Below, piece by piece: positions 16,894-26,454 of a stretch of DNA of 64,000 nucleotides (position 1 is its first letter; every line of letters starts with the position of its first letter). Source of the stretch: an uncultured Pseudomonadota bacterium (GTDB lineage Bacteria; Myxococcota_A; Polyangia; Fen-1088). The position numbers and the translations under genes are program-made. The stretch is taken from positions 64,001 to 128,000 of the forward strand of contig CAWKBC010000040.1 in NCBI GenBank assembly GCA_963847705.1. The letters run 5' to 3'. Below the pieces are notes generated by a model. It saw only the letters and a list, made by a program, of their open reading frames with translations. It was not told the origin of the DNA and made no database searches.

Positions 16894-17961
16894 ATGACCA
16901 CCACGGCAATCGACCAAGACAAGCTGAACGCGTTCATGGGGCGCGCCGTCGGCGACATCGGCGCCGCCATGAGCGCGGCGCTGGTGCTGATCGGCGACGA
17001 GCTCGGCCTCTACAAGGCAATGGCGGCCGCCGGGCCGCTCACGCCGGCGGAGCTGGCCAAGCGGACCGAGACCACCGAACGCTACGTGCGCGAGTGGCTG
17101 AACAACCAGGCGGCTGGCGGCTACGTCACCTACGACCCGAGCACCGCTCGGTACAGTCTGCCGCCCGAGCAGGCTGCCGCCCTGGCCGACGAGGCGAGCC
17201 CGGCCTTCATTCCCGGCGCGTTCCAGGTGATCGCGGCGGTGATGAAGGGGGCGCCGAAGATCGCGCAGGCCTTCCGCAGCGGCGGCGGCCTCGACTGGGG
17301 GGATCAGGATCCGATCCTGTTCGTCGGCACCGAGCGCTTCTTTCGTTCGGGGTACCTCGGCAACCTGATCACCAGCTGGATCCCGGCGCTCGACGGCGTC
17401 GAGGCCAAGTTGAAACGGGGCGCGCGCGTCGCCGACGTCGGCTGCGGCCACGGCGCATCGACCATCCAGATGGCGCTCGCCTATCCCCACTCGACCTTCC
17501 TCGGGATCGACACGCACGCCGGCTCGATCGAGACGGCGCGCAGGCGGGCCCGGGACGCCGGCGTCACGGACCGCGTCAAATTCGAGGTGGCCGGCGCGCA
17601 GGACTTCTCGGGGACGGGCTACGACCTCGTGGCCTGCTTCGACTGCCTGCACGACATGGCTGATCCGAGCGGCGCGGTCCGCCACATCCGGCGGGCGCTG
17701 GCGTCCGACGGCACCTGGCTGCTGGTCGAGCCGTTCGCGCAAGACAAGGTCGAGGACAACCTGAACCCGGTCGGCCGCGTGTTCTACGGCGCGTCGACCA
17801 TGCTGTGCGTCCCGTGTTCGCTGGCGGGACACGGGCCCGCGCTCGGCGCACAGGCCGGCGAGGCCCGGCTGCGGGAGGTGGTGGTCGGGGAGGGGGGCTT
17901 CACCCGCTTCCGGCGCGCCACCGAGACGCCGTTCAACCTGGTGCTCGAAGCGCGCCCGTAG
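16894..17961 (+). CDS. Class I SAM-dependent methyltransferase with N-terminal wHTH (Rv2258c-like)
   Basis: ERYVREWL, VADVGCGHG, FDCLHDM, ETPFNLVLEARP. Confidence 0.92.
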   Translation: MTTTAIDQDKLNAFMGRAVGDIGAAMSAALVLIGDELGLYKAMAAAGPLTPAELAKRTETTERYVREWLNNQAAGGYVTYDPSTARYSLPPEQAAALADEASPAFIPGAFQVIAAVMKGAPKIAQAFRSGGGLDWGDQDPILFVGTERFFRSGYLGNLITSWIPALDGVEAKLKRGARVADVGCGHGASTIQMALAYPHSTFLGIDTHAGSIETARRRARDAGVTDRVKFEVAGAQDFSGTGYDLVACFDCLHDMADPSGAVRHIRRALASDGTWLLVEPFAQDKVEDNLNPVGRVFYGASTMLCVPCSLAGHGPALGAQAGEARLREVVVGEGGFTRFRRATETPFNLVLEARP

Positions 17962-17978
17962 CGGGGCGCGCGCTCACG

Positions 17979-18014
17979 TCGGGTGCGGGCTGCGTCGTGG
18001 CGGCCTGCACCCGA
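17979..18014. terminator. 15-bp stem hairpin between convergent genes
   Basis: TCGGGTGCGGGCTGC-GTCGTG-GCGGCCTGCACCCGA (with G-U pairs); no U-tract. Confidence 0.4.
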
Positions 18015-18228
18015 TCTCCATTCCCGCGTGTGAAGGATTGCCCCCTTCGCGTCCCCGGAAAGCTGTCCCGCAACCTGCCGGCCGCAATGATCGTCAGCGA
18101 ACCAGCGCGATGACCAACAGGCAAGACGACATCTTGGTCGATCCGCCGCACGCGCCGGTGCAGCCAATCAAGGCCCCAGAGTGACGCTCATGCACCTGCG
18201 CACGTATTCGCTCACTCCACGGCCTGTT

Positions 18229-19506
18229 TCATGATGAGAGCGTGAAGGCGACGAGCGCGTTGCAGTCGCAGGCAGCGATTCGTCGCTCGATGAAGCGGCG
18301 CTCGGCGTCGTTGCGCGCCAGTCGATGCGCCTCCTCGAGGTGACGGAGCGCGCCGTCGGCGTTGCCGAGCCTGAGCTCGAGCTCGCCGAGCGCCGCCGCA
18401 TAGAACGGATAGCCCGCCAGGCGCTCCTTGCCCTGCAGGGCGTGGAGCGCCGCCAGCCCCGCCGCCGCGCCCTCGTGCTGGGAGATCGCCATCGCTCGAT
18501 TGAGGGCGACGACCGGCGACGGAGCGATCCGCATCAGCACGTGGTAGAGGCCGACGATCTCGGCCCAAGGGGTCTCGCTGGCCGCGGGAGCCATGGCGTG
18601 CAGGGCGGCGATTCGAGCCTCGAGGTGATAGGGGCTGAGCGCGTCCCCCGTCGCCGAATCGGCCAGCAGCTGCACCCCTTCGGCGATGAGGCGCGCGTCC
18701 CAGCGCCCGCGATCCTGGTCGAACAGGCCTTTCAGGTCGCCGGCGTCGTCGGTGCGCGCGGCCAAGCGCGCCGCGAGCAGGCACATGAGCGACGCCAGCG
18801 CCTTCGTCGAGGGGGTCGCCGAGGGCGCGTGCTCGACGAGCATCGTCACCAGACGCATCGCCTGTCGGCACAGGTCCGTGCGCACGACCGCCTCCGGGGA
18901 TGCGCCGTGATAACCCTCGTTGAACAGGAGGTAGAGCGCGCGCTGGACGGCGGACAGGCGCTCCGCGAAATCGTCAGCGCCCAGATCGAACAGGCGCCGT
19001 GACCCCGCCAGGAGCTTCTTGCTCCGTTGCAGGCGCTTGTGGATGGCCGCCACGCTGGCCAGGAACGCCGCCGCGATCTCGCCGACGCCGAAGCCGCACA
19101 GGATGTTCAAGATCAGCGCCACCTGCGCCTCCTCCGGGAGGCGGGGATGACAGCACGAGAACATCATCCGCAGCTCGTCGTCCTCGAGCGCAGCTGGTTG
19201 AAACATGTCGTCGACGGCCGGCCGCAGCGTCCATTCACACTCGACGAACCGCGCGAGCTCGGGGGCGAACTTCCGCGCCGTCCGTTCGCGGCGAAACACG
19301 TCGATCGCGCGGTTCTTGGCCGCGGTGGTCAACAGCGCCGCGTAGTGCTCGGGCACGCCGCTGTAGCTCCACGCCTCGAAGGCGCTGGCCAGCGTCTCCT
19401 GCACGACGTCCTCGGCGAGCGCGAGGTTCTCGACGCCGAAGACGCGGGTCAGGACGGAGACGAGTCGTGCAGACTCGCGCCGTGAGAAGGGGCCGTCCGG
19501 CTGCAC
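18229..19506 (-). CDS. ECF sigma factor with C-terminal TPR-like extension (ECF42-type)
   Basis: LAEDVVQE, AKNRAID, DDELRMMFSCCHP, LYLLFNEGY, QDRGRWD, SPVVALNRA; downstream of DGPF genes. Confidence 0.92.
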   Translation of the reverse strand: MQPDGPFSRRESARLVSVLTRVFGVENLALAEDVVQETLASAFEAWSYSGVPEHYAALLTTAAKNRAIDVFRRERTARKFAPELARFVECEWTLRPAVDDMFQPAALEDDELRMMFSCCHPRLPEEAQVALILNILCGFGVGEIAAAFLASVAAIHKRLQRSKKLLAGSRRLFDLGADDFAERLSAVQRALYLLFNEGYHGASPEAVVRTDLCRQAMRLVTMLVEHAPSATPSTKALASLMCLLAARLAARTDDAGDLKGLFDQDRGRWDARLIAEGVQLLADSATGDALSPYHLEARIAALHAMAPAASETPWAEIVGLYHVLMRIAPSPVVALNRAMAISQHEGAAAGLAALHALQGKERLAGYPFYAAALGELELRLGNADGALRHLEEAHRLARNDAERRFIERRIAACDCNALVAFTLSS

Positions 19507-19856
19507 TACATCTTCAGGATCGGCCGCACCTCGACCATCCCGCCCTCGTCGTCGAGGATCGGCAGGCCCTCGGTGAGCCGGACCGCCTCCGCGAAGTCCC
19601 TCGCAGCGATCACCGAGTAGCCGATCACGATGTCCTTCGTCTCGGCGTAGGGGCCGTCGGTGACGGTCCCCTTGGCGTCGCGGACGACGCCGCCCCCGGT
19701 CTCTGCGAATGGCTGCCCGAGGTTCACCAGGTGTCCCCCCTTCTGGAGCTTGTCGACCCAGGCCTTGAATCGCTCCGTCCGTTCCTCGATCTGCTTCGGT
19801 GAGAGGTTCTGAGCCGGCCTCCGCGGCTGCCGATAGAGGAAGATGAACTCGCTCAT
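19506..19856 (-). CDS. YciI/DGPF family protein
   Basis: TDGPYAETKDIVIGY...VEVRP. Confidence 0.9.
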   Translation of the reverse strand: MSEFIFLYRQPRRPAQNLSPKQIEERTERFKAWVDKLQKGGHLVNLGQPFAETGGGVVRDAKGTVTDGPYAETKDIVIGYSVIAARDFAEAVRLTEGLPILDDEGGMVEVRPILKM

Positions 19857-19860
19857 GGTC

Positions 19861-20271
19861 TCATTTCTCCTTTGATGTGTCGTCGCTGTCGGCAAGGATG
19901 AAGAATGCGTCCCTTTCTTCTTTGATCTTCTTGTCGTCGTCCAGCGCATAGAGGCAAGACCTCGCCATCGTCACCATCGTCCCGCCGGCGCCCAGGCCGA
20001 TTCGAAAGGTGACCAGGACCAGTGCGTTGACCTCATCGCCGATCGTCGAGAGCACCTGGACGCTTCCTGGCTCGATCAGCCGCGCGGCCTTCGTCTTGCG
20101 CTCCATGTAGGCGTCGACGCCGGTGAATTCGCCCCCCCGAAACTGTCGATGGGTGCTGGTGACCAGCGCGTGGACGTCTGGCGCCAACATGTTCCGTGTC
20201 TTGTCCCAGTCGTGATGGGTCCAGGCGTCAATGTGGGCGAGCGCGATTGAAACGGCCGTCGACTCTGGCAT
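19861..20271 (-). CDS. SnoaL/NTF2-like protein
   Basis: HIDAWTHHDWD..LAPDV, GVDAY, DDKKIKEERD. Confidence 0.75.
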   Translation of the reverse strand: MPESTAVSIALAHIDAWTHHDWDKTRNMLAPDVHALVTSTHRQFRGGEFTGVDAYMERKTKAARLIEPGSVQVLSTIGDEVNALVLVTFRIGLGAGGTMVTMARSCLYALDDDKKIKEERDAFFILADSDDTSKEK

Positions 20272-20305
20272 CTCGATTCTCCCAGTCTGGTTGGTCGTCC
20301 ATCCG

Positions 20306-20647
20306 TTACATCTTCTGGACCGGCCGCACCTCGAGCACTCCGCCCTCGGCGAAGGCGGGCCAGCCCTCGGTGAGCCGGACCGCCTCCGCGAAGTCGGTCG
20401 CGGCGATCACCGAGTAGCCGATTACGATGTCTTTCGTCTCCGCATACGGGCCGTCGGTCATCGTCCCCTTGGCGTCGCGGACGACCCCGCCGCCCTTGTC
20501 TGCCAGCGGCTGGCCGATGCTCAGCAGGTGGCCGCCCTTTTCGAGCTTGTCGAACCACGCCCGCCATCGGTGCATCCGTTCCTCGAGCTGTTTCGGTGAG
20601 AGGTCGGGCGTCTGCGGCCGGCGGTACAGAAAGATGAACTCGCTCAT
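20306..20647 (-). CDS. YciI/DGPF family protein (paralog of 19506-19856)
   Basis: MSEFIFLYR...TDGPYAETKDIVIGY...LEVRP. Confidence 0.9.
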   Translation of the reverse strand: MSEFIFLYRRPQTPDLSPKQLEERMHRWRAWFDKLEKGGHLLSIGQPLADKGGGVVRDAKGTMTDGPYAETKDIVIGYSVIAATDFAEAVRLTEGWPAFAEGGVLEVRPVQKM

Positions 20648-20893
20648 GGCTTCATTTCTCCAGCTGTCCTTGTTTGTCGATCAGTGGGCACACATCGGAC
20701 GAGCTCCATGGTGCCACTCCTTGCTGGGCCCGGGGACTCTCCGCCCCCTTCAGCTCGGTAACGTCCCGGCCGGCTCGCCGTGGACAACTCTTCTTGGAAG
20801 AAGCGCGAGGGCGGCCCCGAAGACATCACCCCGGAGGTGGTCGTTGCCAGAACACTCGCAGGGTAAGTTGCAAAATGTTAGTCTGAAGCGACC

Positions 20894-21430
20894 TTGAACA
20901 AATCGGTCGCTGTCGTCGTCCTGTCGGTCGCGTTGGCTCTGGGATCGGGCGGGTGTTCCTGGCTCTTTGTGCAGCCGCTGGCGCCCACCTACGAGAGAGG
21001 CGATCCGGCCATCAACTGCACATCGAACGTCGCCGCGCCGGTGATCGACACCATCTTCACCGTCCTGGACACGGTGGAGCTGATCGCGATCGGCGGCAGC
21101 AGCTCGAATGTGCAGAACAAGGACTCCGTGCTCCTGGGCGCGACGCTGGGGATCATCATCTGGGGGTCGTCGGCGATCTACGGGTACCGGCACACCAGCG
21201 AATGTTCCGACGCCCAGGCCGATGCGCAGGCTACCTATCGTCCTTACCGGCGCGCGCGACCGCCGGCGCCCGGCTGGGGGCAGCCGGCTCCGCCTCCGCG
21301 GCTGGCTCCGCCGGGCCCGCCGCCCCCGGCCGGTGCTCCCGAGGAGGCGGCACCGCTACCCGCGCCGTCCGTCACCGTTCCCAGCGCTCCGGCGGCACCG
21401 CAGCAGCGAGACAACGACGGCCCGAACTAA
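20894..21430 (+). CDS. Putative lipoprotein with a Pro-rich tail
   Basis: Signal peptide ending SGGC; hydrophobic segments; Pro-rich C-terminus. Confidence 0.75.
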   Translation: MNKSVAVVVLSVALALGSGGCSWLFVQPLAPTYERGDPAINCTSNVAAPVIDTIFTVLDTVELIAIGGSSSNVQNKDSVLLGATLGIIIWGSSAIYGYRHTSECSDAQADAQATYRPYRRARPPAPGWGQPAPPPRLAPPGPPPPAGAPEEAAPLPAPSVTVPSAPAAPQQRDNDGPN

Positions 21431-21436
21431 CGCTTC

Positions 21437-21856
21437 CCAAGAAGCCGAGCGGACACGGTCTTTTCACTCAACGACTGAGTCTGAAACCGAAAGAGAAGCG
21501 GCTGACGGCGGCGGGTACAGGCGGGTACAACACCCGCGCACGGTTAACTAACCTCTTTCGCTCGCACTTCGTCTGACTGGTCGACGTCTTCGCGTCGGTG
21601 ATCCAGAGCAGCCGTCCGTCGTCGTCCAGGTTGCAGACGATCCGGTCTCATCCAGCAGAAGCTTTGGAGGAGACACGGGGCCGGCCGACGCGAGGATAGG
21701 CGCGCACGTACCGTGGAGCGAATTCGACATCCTCCGCGCTCAAGTACGGATAGTCAGCCGAGTCTCGATTCCACCCACCTTGTTGGAGGGAGGGACCGGC
21801 TCGGGTTCTTGGTCAACCGCCGGGAGGTTCGACTTCCGACGCCTTCCCAAGAACCC
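21437..21856. repeat. Non-coding segment with CCAAGAA(G/C)CC inverted and direct repeats
   Basis: CCAAGAAGCCGAGC (21437-21450) vs GCTCGGGTTCTTGG (21799-21812), 13/14 inverted; GGGTTCTTGG/CCAAGAACCC perfect 10-bp inverted repeat (21803-21856). Confidence 0.45.
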
Positions 21857-21873
21857 CCGTGATTGTGCTCAGC

Positions 21874-23271
21874 TCAGATGTGCTGCGCGATGACCTCGTT
21901 TTGAATCTCGCGCAGGCGCTCGGGCACCCGCGTCCGCATCCAGAGGACCCGGCCGACGCCCATGAGCAGGTAGGCCAGGAAGATGTAGGGGAAATAGCGC
22001 ACTGGCGGATCGGGCACCGGGTAAACGCTGCCGATGGCGGGGATCAACATGAGGAGAACGGCCGCTGCGCACAGAGCGACGTCCTTGGGCCTCCGCTCGC
22101 CGAGCTTCTTCACGAAGAGCGGCGCCGCGATCGTCACCAGGAAGTAGGCGCCCAGGAAGCCGAAGGCCCCCATCGTCCCGGCGTCATTGAACTCGTCGAG
22201 CACCTGCAGCTTGAAGACGTAGCGGCAGGCGCTCACCACGACGAACATGATGACGGCCATCGCGCCCAGCGCGACGTGCGGCGTCCCGTGCTTCTCGTGG
22301 GCGGCGCTGGTCGCCTTGTGGAAGAACTGGTGGCGACCCATGGCGAACATCACGCGCGCGCCGGCGTTCATGCACGACGAGGCCAGCGCGAAGAAGCTGA
22401 ACATGGCGCCTGCCGACAGCAGCGGCGACAGGAAGGGCACCTTGTAAATCGTCGCCAGCACGTTGAGGGGCGCGTCGATCTTGTCGAGCGTGTCGCTGTA
22501 GCCGCGCGTGCCCAGCACCTCGAAGTAGCTGACGACGATGAAGAAGCCGCCCGTCAGGATCAGGCTCCAGATGATGGAGCGCGGGATGGTCTTGAGCGGG
22601 TTGATCGACTCCTCGCCGAACGCCGTCGAGCTCTCGAAGCCGACCAGGCTGAAAATGGCGACGACGACCCCCATGCCCAGCTTGGGAAGGGACAGCTCGT
22701 TGAGGTGAAACTGCGCGCCGTCGGGCGCGGGATGGTGGACGAACACCACGACGCAGAGCGCGAGGATGAAGAAGCACGAGAACGCCTCGAGTCCCAGCAT
22801 CACCAGCGTCGAGATCTTGATGTCCTTGTAGGCCAGCAGGAAGCTCGCGCCCAGGCAGACGACGAACAGCAGCACAGGTGGTGCTTCGACGTGGATCATC
22901 TCCAGCAGCTTGCCCGAGAAGATCGCGAAGCCCGTCGTTCCGGCCAGACCGATGAAGCAGTAGGCCCAGACCAGGCACCAGCCGCACAGCGCGCCGCCCC
23001 CGAAGCCGAGGCCCACGGACGCGTAGCCGTACATCGAGCCGGCGTTGGTCGATCGCTTGGCAAACTGGTTCAGGTTGAAGGTCACGAAGAGCAGCATGAG
23101 CGTGCCCACCGCGTAGGCCACCCAGCTCAGGTTGCCGCAGTTCGAAAACATGAGCGGCACGATCAGCGCCGCCGTCATGGTGGGCGAGATGAGCGCGATG
23201 TTCTGCGCCAGCAGCTCGATGAAATTCAGCCGGTTGGCCCTCAGCTTCGGTTCGCTTGTTGCGGTGTTCAT
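21874..23271 (-). CDS. APC family amino acid/amine permease
   Basis: AGSMYGY, FSLVGFESSTAFGEE, PLKTIPR, ARVMFAMGR; about 12 hydrophobic segments. Confidence 0.92.
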   Translation of the reverse strand: MNTATSEPKLRANRLNFIELLAQNIALISPTMTAALIVPLMFSNCGNLSWVAYAVGTLMLLFVTFNLNQFAKRSTNAGSMYGYASVGLGFGGGALCGWCLVWAYCFIGLAGTTGFAIFSGKLLEMIHVEAPPVLLFVVCLGASFLLAYKDIKISTLVMLGLEAFSCFFILALCVVVFVHHPAPDGAQFHLNELSLPKLGMGVVVAIFSLVGFESSTAFGEESINPLKTIPRSIIWSLILTGGFFIVVSYFEVLGTRGYSDTLDKIDAPLNVLATIYKVPFLSPLLSAGAMFSFFALASSCMNAGARVMFAMGRHQFFHKATSAAHEKHGTPHVALGAMAVIMFVVVSACRYVFKLQVLDEFNDAGTMGAFGFLGAYFLVTIAAPLFVKKLGERRPKDVALCAAAVLLMLIPAIGSVYPVPDPPVRYFPYIFLAYLLMGVGRVLWMRTRVPERLREIQNEVIAQHI

Positions 23272-23350
23272 GTCGAATTCCTCCGGATGTGGACGTTGTT
23301 CGGCTCGTTGACGTCGTGACCCGGGGGCGGGGAGACCGTGAACGCGCGCG

Positions 23351-24145
23351 TCAGCTCTCGACGAGCGGATCTCCTATTCTCAGCCGCTTGCCGACTTCGA
23401 CGGCTGAGATGGAGGTGTTCACGGCGAAGCGATAGTAGTGATTGAAGCGGCGGACATCGGACCACGGGGGCAAGCGCCGCTGTCGCCGCTGGGCGAAGCT
23501 CTTCTGAAATCCCGGGATCACTTCACCCGTGTCGGGATCGCGCGTGGGCACGACACAACGCTGGCACGGGTTGTGACCCAGCAGCGCCACCTCTCCCAGG
23601 TGGAACGGCTTGCGCTCGCCGGGCGCGCCGAAGAGGCGGTCCTCGGCGAAAGCCACGTTCCCTTCGAGCTCGATGTTGCTGCGAAAGCGCCGCCGGAGGC
23701 TGGCCAGCGAGATCTGCGGGTACCAATCCTGTACCTCGAGCAGGCTGGCCTCGCTGCTGACCGTGGGACCCGAAGCCTCCCCGTCGTCCGGGAAGCCGCG
23801 GCGGGAGTCGTGCTTGAGCGTCACCGGCATCTCGAAGAAGTCGCTCAACCACCGTTCGAGCGGGGCCCGATCCTCGAGACTGAACTGGGGCCGCGAGGTG
23901 TCGCCTCTTTCCCACAGCGTGACCTCCGTCAGCGAAGGTTCGTAGTGGCAGCGCAGATCGTGCACGCGCGGGGTGCGCTTGCCATTCAGGAAGACGCCCT
24001 CCGCGTCGACCATGGCCCAGACACGATCGTGCTCGAGGATTCCGCCTTCGGTGATGCGAGCCTCGTCGAGCGAAACTCCGGCCAACGACTTGATCGGAAA
24101 GACGTCGATGCGCGCGACGCGGACAGTATTGGAGGTCGACGACAT
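23351..24145 (-). CDS. MOSC domain protein (YcbX/mARC-like)
   Basis: FPIKSL, DRVWA, RRFRSNI, PCQRCVVPTRDP. Confidence 0.9.
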   Translation of the reverse strand: MSSTSNTVRVARIDVFPIKSLAGVSLDEARITEGGILEHDRVWAMVDAEGVFLNGKRTPRVHDLRCHYEPSLTEVTLWERGDTSRPQFSLEDRAPLERWLSDFFEMPVTLKHDSRRGFPDDGEASGPTVSSEASLLEVQDWYPQISLASLRRRFRSNIELEGNVAFAEDRLFGAPGERKPFHLGEVALLGHNPCQRCVVPTRDPDTGEVIPGFQKSFAQRRQRRLPPWSDVRRFNHYYRFAVNTSISAVEVGKRLRIGDPLVES

Positions 24146-24189
24146 GGCTTTCTAAGCAACGATACTGACCTTGGATTGGCAAGCGTGTT

Positions 24190-24376
24190 GTTTCATTTGC
24201 AAATGACTTGCGTAAACAGGACACGAGCGATTCGTCACAACACGATTGCACGCATCGCAAATGTCGGGGCGCACCAGGCGCACCTCGCTCGGGGCCACGA
24301 TGTTGTCGTCCCGAAAAACGACGTCGACCCGCTCTTTGCATGCATGTCGTTTCATTTAGCGATGCCTGTCGTAAAC
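24190..24376. promoter_or_regulatory. Duplicated 28-bp operator-like motif GTTTCATTT-N12-CGTAAAC
   Basis: Copies at 24190-24217 and 24349-24376, 21/28 identical; the first contains the perfect palindrome TCATTTGCAAATGA. Confidence 0.55.
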
Positions 24377-24457
24377 GTGATGCGAGCGCCTCGTTGCAAA
24401 TGTTTGTGAGCCTGGCAAACGACCGCCGCTCCTCGCATGGGAGCGAACGCTGGCCGG

Positions 24458-25183
24458 CTACGCCTTGAAACCGGGAAAGTAACTGTCCTGGAGCAGCATG
24501 TCTTCGTAGAAGGCGCCGTACTTCTCGGTCGGATGCCGGATGTGAATCTCCAGCACCCAGAGCGGACCGGCGGAGGGCGTAAAGTCGAGATCGGCCATGG
24601 AGCCGGCGTAGTGGGCCTCGTGCGGAAATTCAGAGATCCGGTGGCCCGACAGGTCCATGTTGAGCTCCCAGCCCATGCGCCGCGCCTCGGCGACCGCAAA
24701 GTCGTAGAGCGCTCGCCCCGAGCTCCGCTCGGTCTCCCACTTCCTGCGCACCACGTGAAACAGCGTGCGCGCGTCAGCGGCGCAGCGCGCCTTGTCGGGG
24801 TCGGCTCCGGTGACGAAGGTGTCGCCGCCATCGCCCTCCCACTTCTCGAACACTGGACCGATGTCGATCAGGAAGATGTCGTCGGCACCCAAGACGACGC
24901 CCGGATCCGACGCCGCGCCGAACGTCTTGGTCGTGTTGCTCCCGAAGCGGACGTAGACCGCGTGCCAGCCGCGGATCATGCCGCTCTCGGCGAGGATGTC
25001 CTGGGCCATCTGGACGGCGTCCTCCTCGACCATGCCGGGCTTCACGCGGGCGGCGATCTCGTTGATCGCCGCTCGCGTCATGCCGCGAACCTTGAACATC
25101 TTGTCGATCGCGTAGTCCTTACCGACCTTTTCGAGCGGTGACGTCTCCAGCACGGTCGTCGTTTCCAGTGCGGTCGTGGTCAT
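24458..25183 (-). CDS. Short M24 family metallopeptidase-like protein
   Basis: IDIGP..WEGDGGDT, SGHRI, VLEIHIRHP, YED; start overlaps the upstream stop (ATGA). Confidence 0.85.
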   Translation of the reverse strand: MTTTALETTTVLETSPLEKVGKDYAIDKMFKVRGMTRAAINEIAARVKPGMVEEDAVQMAQDILAESGMIRGWHAVYVRFGSNTTKTFGAASDPGVVLGADDIFLIDIGPVFEKWEGDGGDTFVTGADPDKARCAADARTLFHVVRRKWETERSSGRALYDFAVAEARRMGWELNMDLSGHRISEFPHEAHYAGSMADLDFTPSAGPLWVLEIHIRHPTEKYGAFYEDMLLQDSYFPGFKA

Positions 25184-26277
25184 GGTGAGTCTCCTTGGTT
25201 TTCGACACAGGTATGCAGCTCGAGGCCGTCGAGGCCGGCCGTGAGCGGGATCTGGCACGACAGTCGGTCGCCTTCACCGGCCCCCAGGTATTGCAGCAGG
25301 CGCTCCTCGCGCCTCGCGGGCTGTCCGGTCCTCCCTCTCCAGGACGGCGCGACGTGAACGAGGCAGGTGCCGCAGGCCCCTTGTCCGCCGCAGACCGCCT
25401 GAAGGGGAACGCCCGCCCGCTTGAGGGCGAACAGCAGCGCCTCGCCCGTGACGCCCGGGATGGCGCACGGGCGGACCTTCCGGTCGAGGAACAGGTTGAC
25501 CGGCTCGCCGCGGGTCGGCAGTGCGAGGCCTTCCGGGACAGGACCAACCGAGAACACGTCGGCGACCATGCGCCTGGGGTCGAACCCCCGCTCGGCGGCG
25601 CAATCGCGGGCGAGCGCCTCGATCATGGCGGGCGCCCCACAGGCGTAGATGTCGTAGTCCGAAAGGTCGTCGAAGTCTTCGACGACCGCGCGATGAACGT
25701 GGCCCGTGCGTGTCGCAAGATCAGGATGGCCCTGGCTCAACACCGGGGTGAAGCGCACGCCGGGCAGCCGTTCGACCAGCGCGACCACAGCGCCGATGTC
25801 GTAGAGGTCCTCGAGCGAACGTGCGCCCCAGTAGAAGTGGAGGGGGCGGTCCCTGTGGCGGCCGGCGCGCACGGTGGCCATCCGCTCGAGGCAAGCCTTG
25901 ATGGGAGCGAAGCCGGTGCCGCCCGCCACGATGATCGTGCGCGGCGAGGCGTCAGGCGGGATCAAAAACTCTCCGTAGGGTCCTACCAGCCAGAAGCGGT
26001 CGCCGACCTGCGCTGTCTCGAACAGGGCGCTGGTGAAGACGCCCCCGGCCGCGCGGCTCACATGCAGCTCCAGCTCGTCGCCGATGGGCTCGGCGTTGGC
26101 GATGGAGAAGAAGCGTGGCCGCCCGTCATCGGCTTCCAGGCCGATGAACTGCCCGGGCCGATAGCTGAAGTCCTCTCTGTCCTGGAGCTTCAGCTTCAGG
26201 ATCAGGGTCCGACGGGAAGCGCGACGCAGCGCCGAGAGCGTCACCTGGTAGCGCTTTGTCGAGAATCGTTCGTGCAT
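25180..26277 (-). CDS. FAD/NAD(P)H oxidoreductase with a C-terminal [2Fe-2S] ferredoxin
   Basis: PGQF, RFFSIAN, GGTGFAP, YACG; CGGQGACGTC...RLSCQ. Confidence 0.9.
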   Translation of the reverse strand: MHERFSTKRYQVTLSALRRASRRTLILKLKLQDREDFSYRPGQFIGLEADDGRPRFFSIANAEPIGDELELHVSRAAGGVFTSALFETAQVGDRFWLVGPYGEFLIPPDASPRTIIVAGGTGFAPIKACLERMATVRAGRHRDRPLHFYWGARSLEDLYDIGAVVALVERLPGVRFTPVLSQGHPDLATRTGHVHRAVVEDFDDLSDYDIYACGAPAMIEALARDCAAERGFDPRRMVADVFSVGPVPEGLALPTRGEPVNLFLDRKVRPCAIPGVTGEALLFALKRAGVPLQAVCGGQGACGTCLVHVAPSWRGRTGQPARREERLLQYLGAGEGDRLSCQIPLTAGLDGLELHTCVENQGDSP

Positions 26278-26406
26278 CACCGCTCCTCGGCTGCGGCGCC
26301 GGTCCCCCCCTGGGAAAGCCGACACGCCGTTCAGCGCGGACTTTCGTGGGCTCCCGTACCGACACCGGTCGACGTTCATTGCAGCGATTGAGGACGCTAT
26401 GATAGT

Positions 26407-26452
26407 TACTGGACCAGTAGATCACCCAGATTCAAAAAACCGGATGGTCCAG
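26407..26452. promoter_or_regulatory. Candidate MocR operator
   Basis: CTGGACCA (26409-26416) and TGGTCCAG (26445-26452) form a perfect inverted repeat; palindrome TACTGG-A-CCAGTA. Confidence 0.6.
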
Positions 26453-26454
26453 AG

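Noticed and set aside
20650-20730. ECF42 autoregulatory promoter
   Set aside because: A CGTC -10-like element is present but no convincing TGTCGA -35 at the correct spacing on the coding strand
21815-21850. GGTTCGACT as a tRNA T-loop or second att site
   Set aside because: The T-stem does not close with G53-C61 and there is no acceptor or anticodon context
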